Part shown: piece after piece, positions 63,317 through 64,000 of the stretch
Position numbering within the stretch: position 1 is the stretch's first letter
Layout of the letters: the number at the start of each line of letters is the position of its first letter
Source of the DNA: Clostridia bacterium
Lineage (GTDB): Bacteria > Bacillota > Clostridia > Christensenellales > UBA1242
Length of the DNA: 64,000 nucleotides
Direction: 5' to 3'
NCBI GenBank assembly: GCA_017409005.1
Contig: JAFQTP010000002.1
Span: 249,159-313,158, forward strand
Notes under the pieces: model-generated
The model's input: the letters and a program-made list of their open reading frames with translations, nothing else
What the model was told of the DNA's origin: nothing
The model's database searches: none
Translations under genes and position numbers: made by a program

Positions 63317-64000
63317 CTATTTACCCTCCTTTTTAACTTTGTTGTGTTTGGTTTGGCTATCAACAATTTCTACATATTCTGGGCAATTTTTTAGTAATTC
63401 TTCGTGTGTGCCAACTCCAACAGCCTCGCCATCGTTTAAAACAATAATTTTATCGGCATTTTGAATGGTGTTAACACGTTGAGCAACAATAATAATGGTT
63501 GCATCTTTAACATTTTCTTTAATATTTTTTCTAATTTGGGCATCGGTTTTAAAGTCTAAAGCACTAAAACTATCGTCAAATATGTAAACACAAGGTTTTT
63601 TAAGTAGGGCGCGTGCAATGTTTAAGCGTTGTTTTTGTCCGCCACTTAGGTTTCCTGCGCCTTTTTGAATTAAATAATCATATCCTTCAGGCTTTTCCAT
63701 AATAAATTCGTGTGCACAAGCAAGTTTTGCGGCTGCAATCATTTCTTCGTCGGAAACATTTTCGTTTGCATACTTTAAGTTTTCTCTAATTGTTCCACCA
63801 AAAAGTTCAACAGTTTGGCTTGCTAATGCAACGTGTTTTCGTAGGTCGGTAGGGTTATAATCTCTAAGGTCAACACCATCTAGCATTATTTCGCCTTTGG
63901 TTACGTCATAAAACCTAGGAATTAGGTTAATTACCGTGCTTTTTCCACTTCCGGTGCCACCAATAATTGCCAATGTTTGATTTGGTTCAACTTTAAAGCT
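63317..64000 (-). CDS. ABC transporter permease/ATP-binding protein, C-terminal part (gene continues past right edge)
   Basis: Walker A GGTGSGKST, signature LSGGQKQRL, Walker B IFDDSFSALD. The frame stays open upstream of the track's internal Met, to the window end. Confidence 0.85.
   Translation of the reverse strand, partial: SFKVEPNQTLAIIGGTGSGKSTVINLIPRFYDVTKGEIMLDGVDLRDYNPTDLRKHVALASQTVELFGGTIRENLKYANENVSDEEMIAAAKLACAHEFIMEKPEGYDYLIQKGAGNLSGGQKQRLNIARALLKKPCVYIFDDSFSALDFKTDAQIRKNIKENVKDATIIIVAQRVNTIQNADKIIVLNDGEAVGVGTHEELLKNCPEYVEIVDSQTKHNKVKKEGK

Noticed and set aside
1-64000. CRISPR arrays, rRNA genes, IS elements or transposases
   Set aside because: Reading both strands I found no regularly spaced direct repeats, no rRNA-like sequence and no DDE or IS-type transposase ORF. 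The only recombinase is the serine recombinase at 29031-30572.
1-64000. Possible stop-codon reassignment: none of ~37 backbone genes ends in TGA, while three element genes do (stops at 19245, 23159, 25967)
   Set aside because: All Trp codons in conserved proteins are TGG. No backbone gene appears split at a TGA. TAA dominance is expected at this AT content. The element TGA stops all sit in ATGA/GTGA overlaps, and the sample is too small to claim recoding or TGA avoidance.

Overview
AT-rich chromosomal segment that reads under the standard code (Trp is TGG and long ORFs stay intact), from a low-GC Bacillota or Mollicutes-like organism. The backbone is ordinary housekeeping. It carries a U32 peptidase (partial), a CPBP protease, a DUF378 protein, an MBL hydrolase, tRNA-Ser(UGA), a radical SAM/SPASM protein, a NUDIX hydrolase, a YjjX-like NTPase, an SDR, a TVP38/DedA protein, a GNAT and Tex. 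It continues with TrmL, RdgB, FolD, RNase R, DegV, RadC, AspS, KtrAB, MalQ, GpmI, a T-box-controlled MazG-like gene plus TyrS, and a two-gene ABC exporter whose second gene runs off the right edge. The main accessory feature is a ~23.2-kb integrated element (about 7328-30566) at the 3' end of tRNA-Ser. It is bounded by a 7-bp direct repeat, CCGCCAA, and ends in a large serine recombinase gene. The shared core lies inside the recombinase ORF, so excision would fuse 55 extra codons from the opposite end of the element (7335-7502) onto the recombinase. The element has four modules. (i) A plus-strand block of small genes with DUF3560-, PcfK/AcrIIA9- and PcfJ-like signatures. (ii) A minus-strand cargo triad: a lipoprotein with an apparently inactivated ComEC-type MBL domain, a membrane-tethered DEDDh exonuclease, and a SLOG/DUF1273 protein. 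(iii) A virus-like module with a LexA/S24-type repressor, sigma-like regulators, small membrane proteins, three N-terminally anchored ectodomain proteins including an 856-aa B-repeat/BspA-LRR adhesin, a Zot/pI-like ATPase and an HUH rolling-circle Rep. (iv) Several unusually long GC-enriched hairpins. The second region worth attention is on the backbone at 39519-42732. Five orphan helical proteins sit there in four transcription units, each unit behind a near-consensus promoter. They share a basic N-terminal motif, and three of the five share an exact LPKTD pentapeptide. All family assignments rest on motifs I recognise by eye; no database search was possible.
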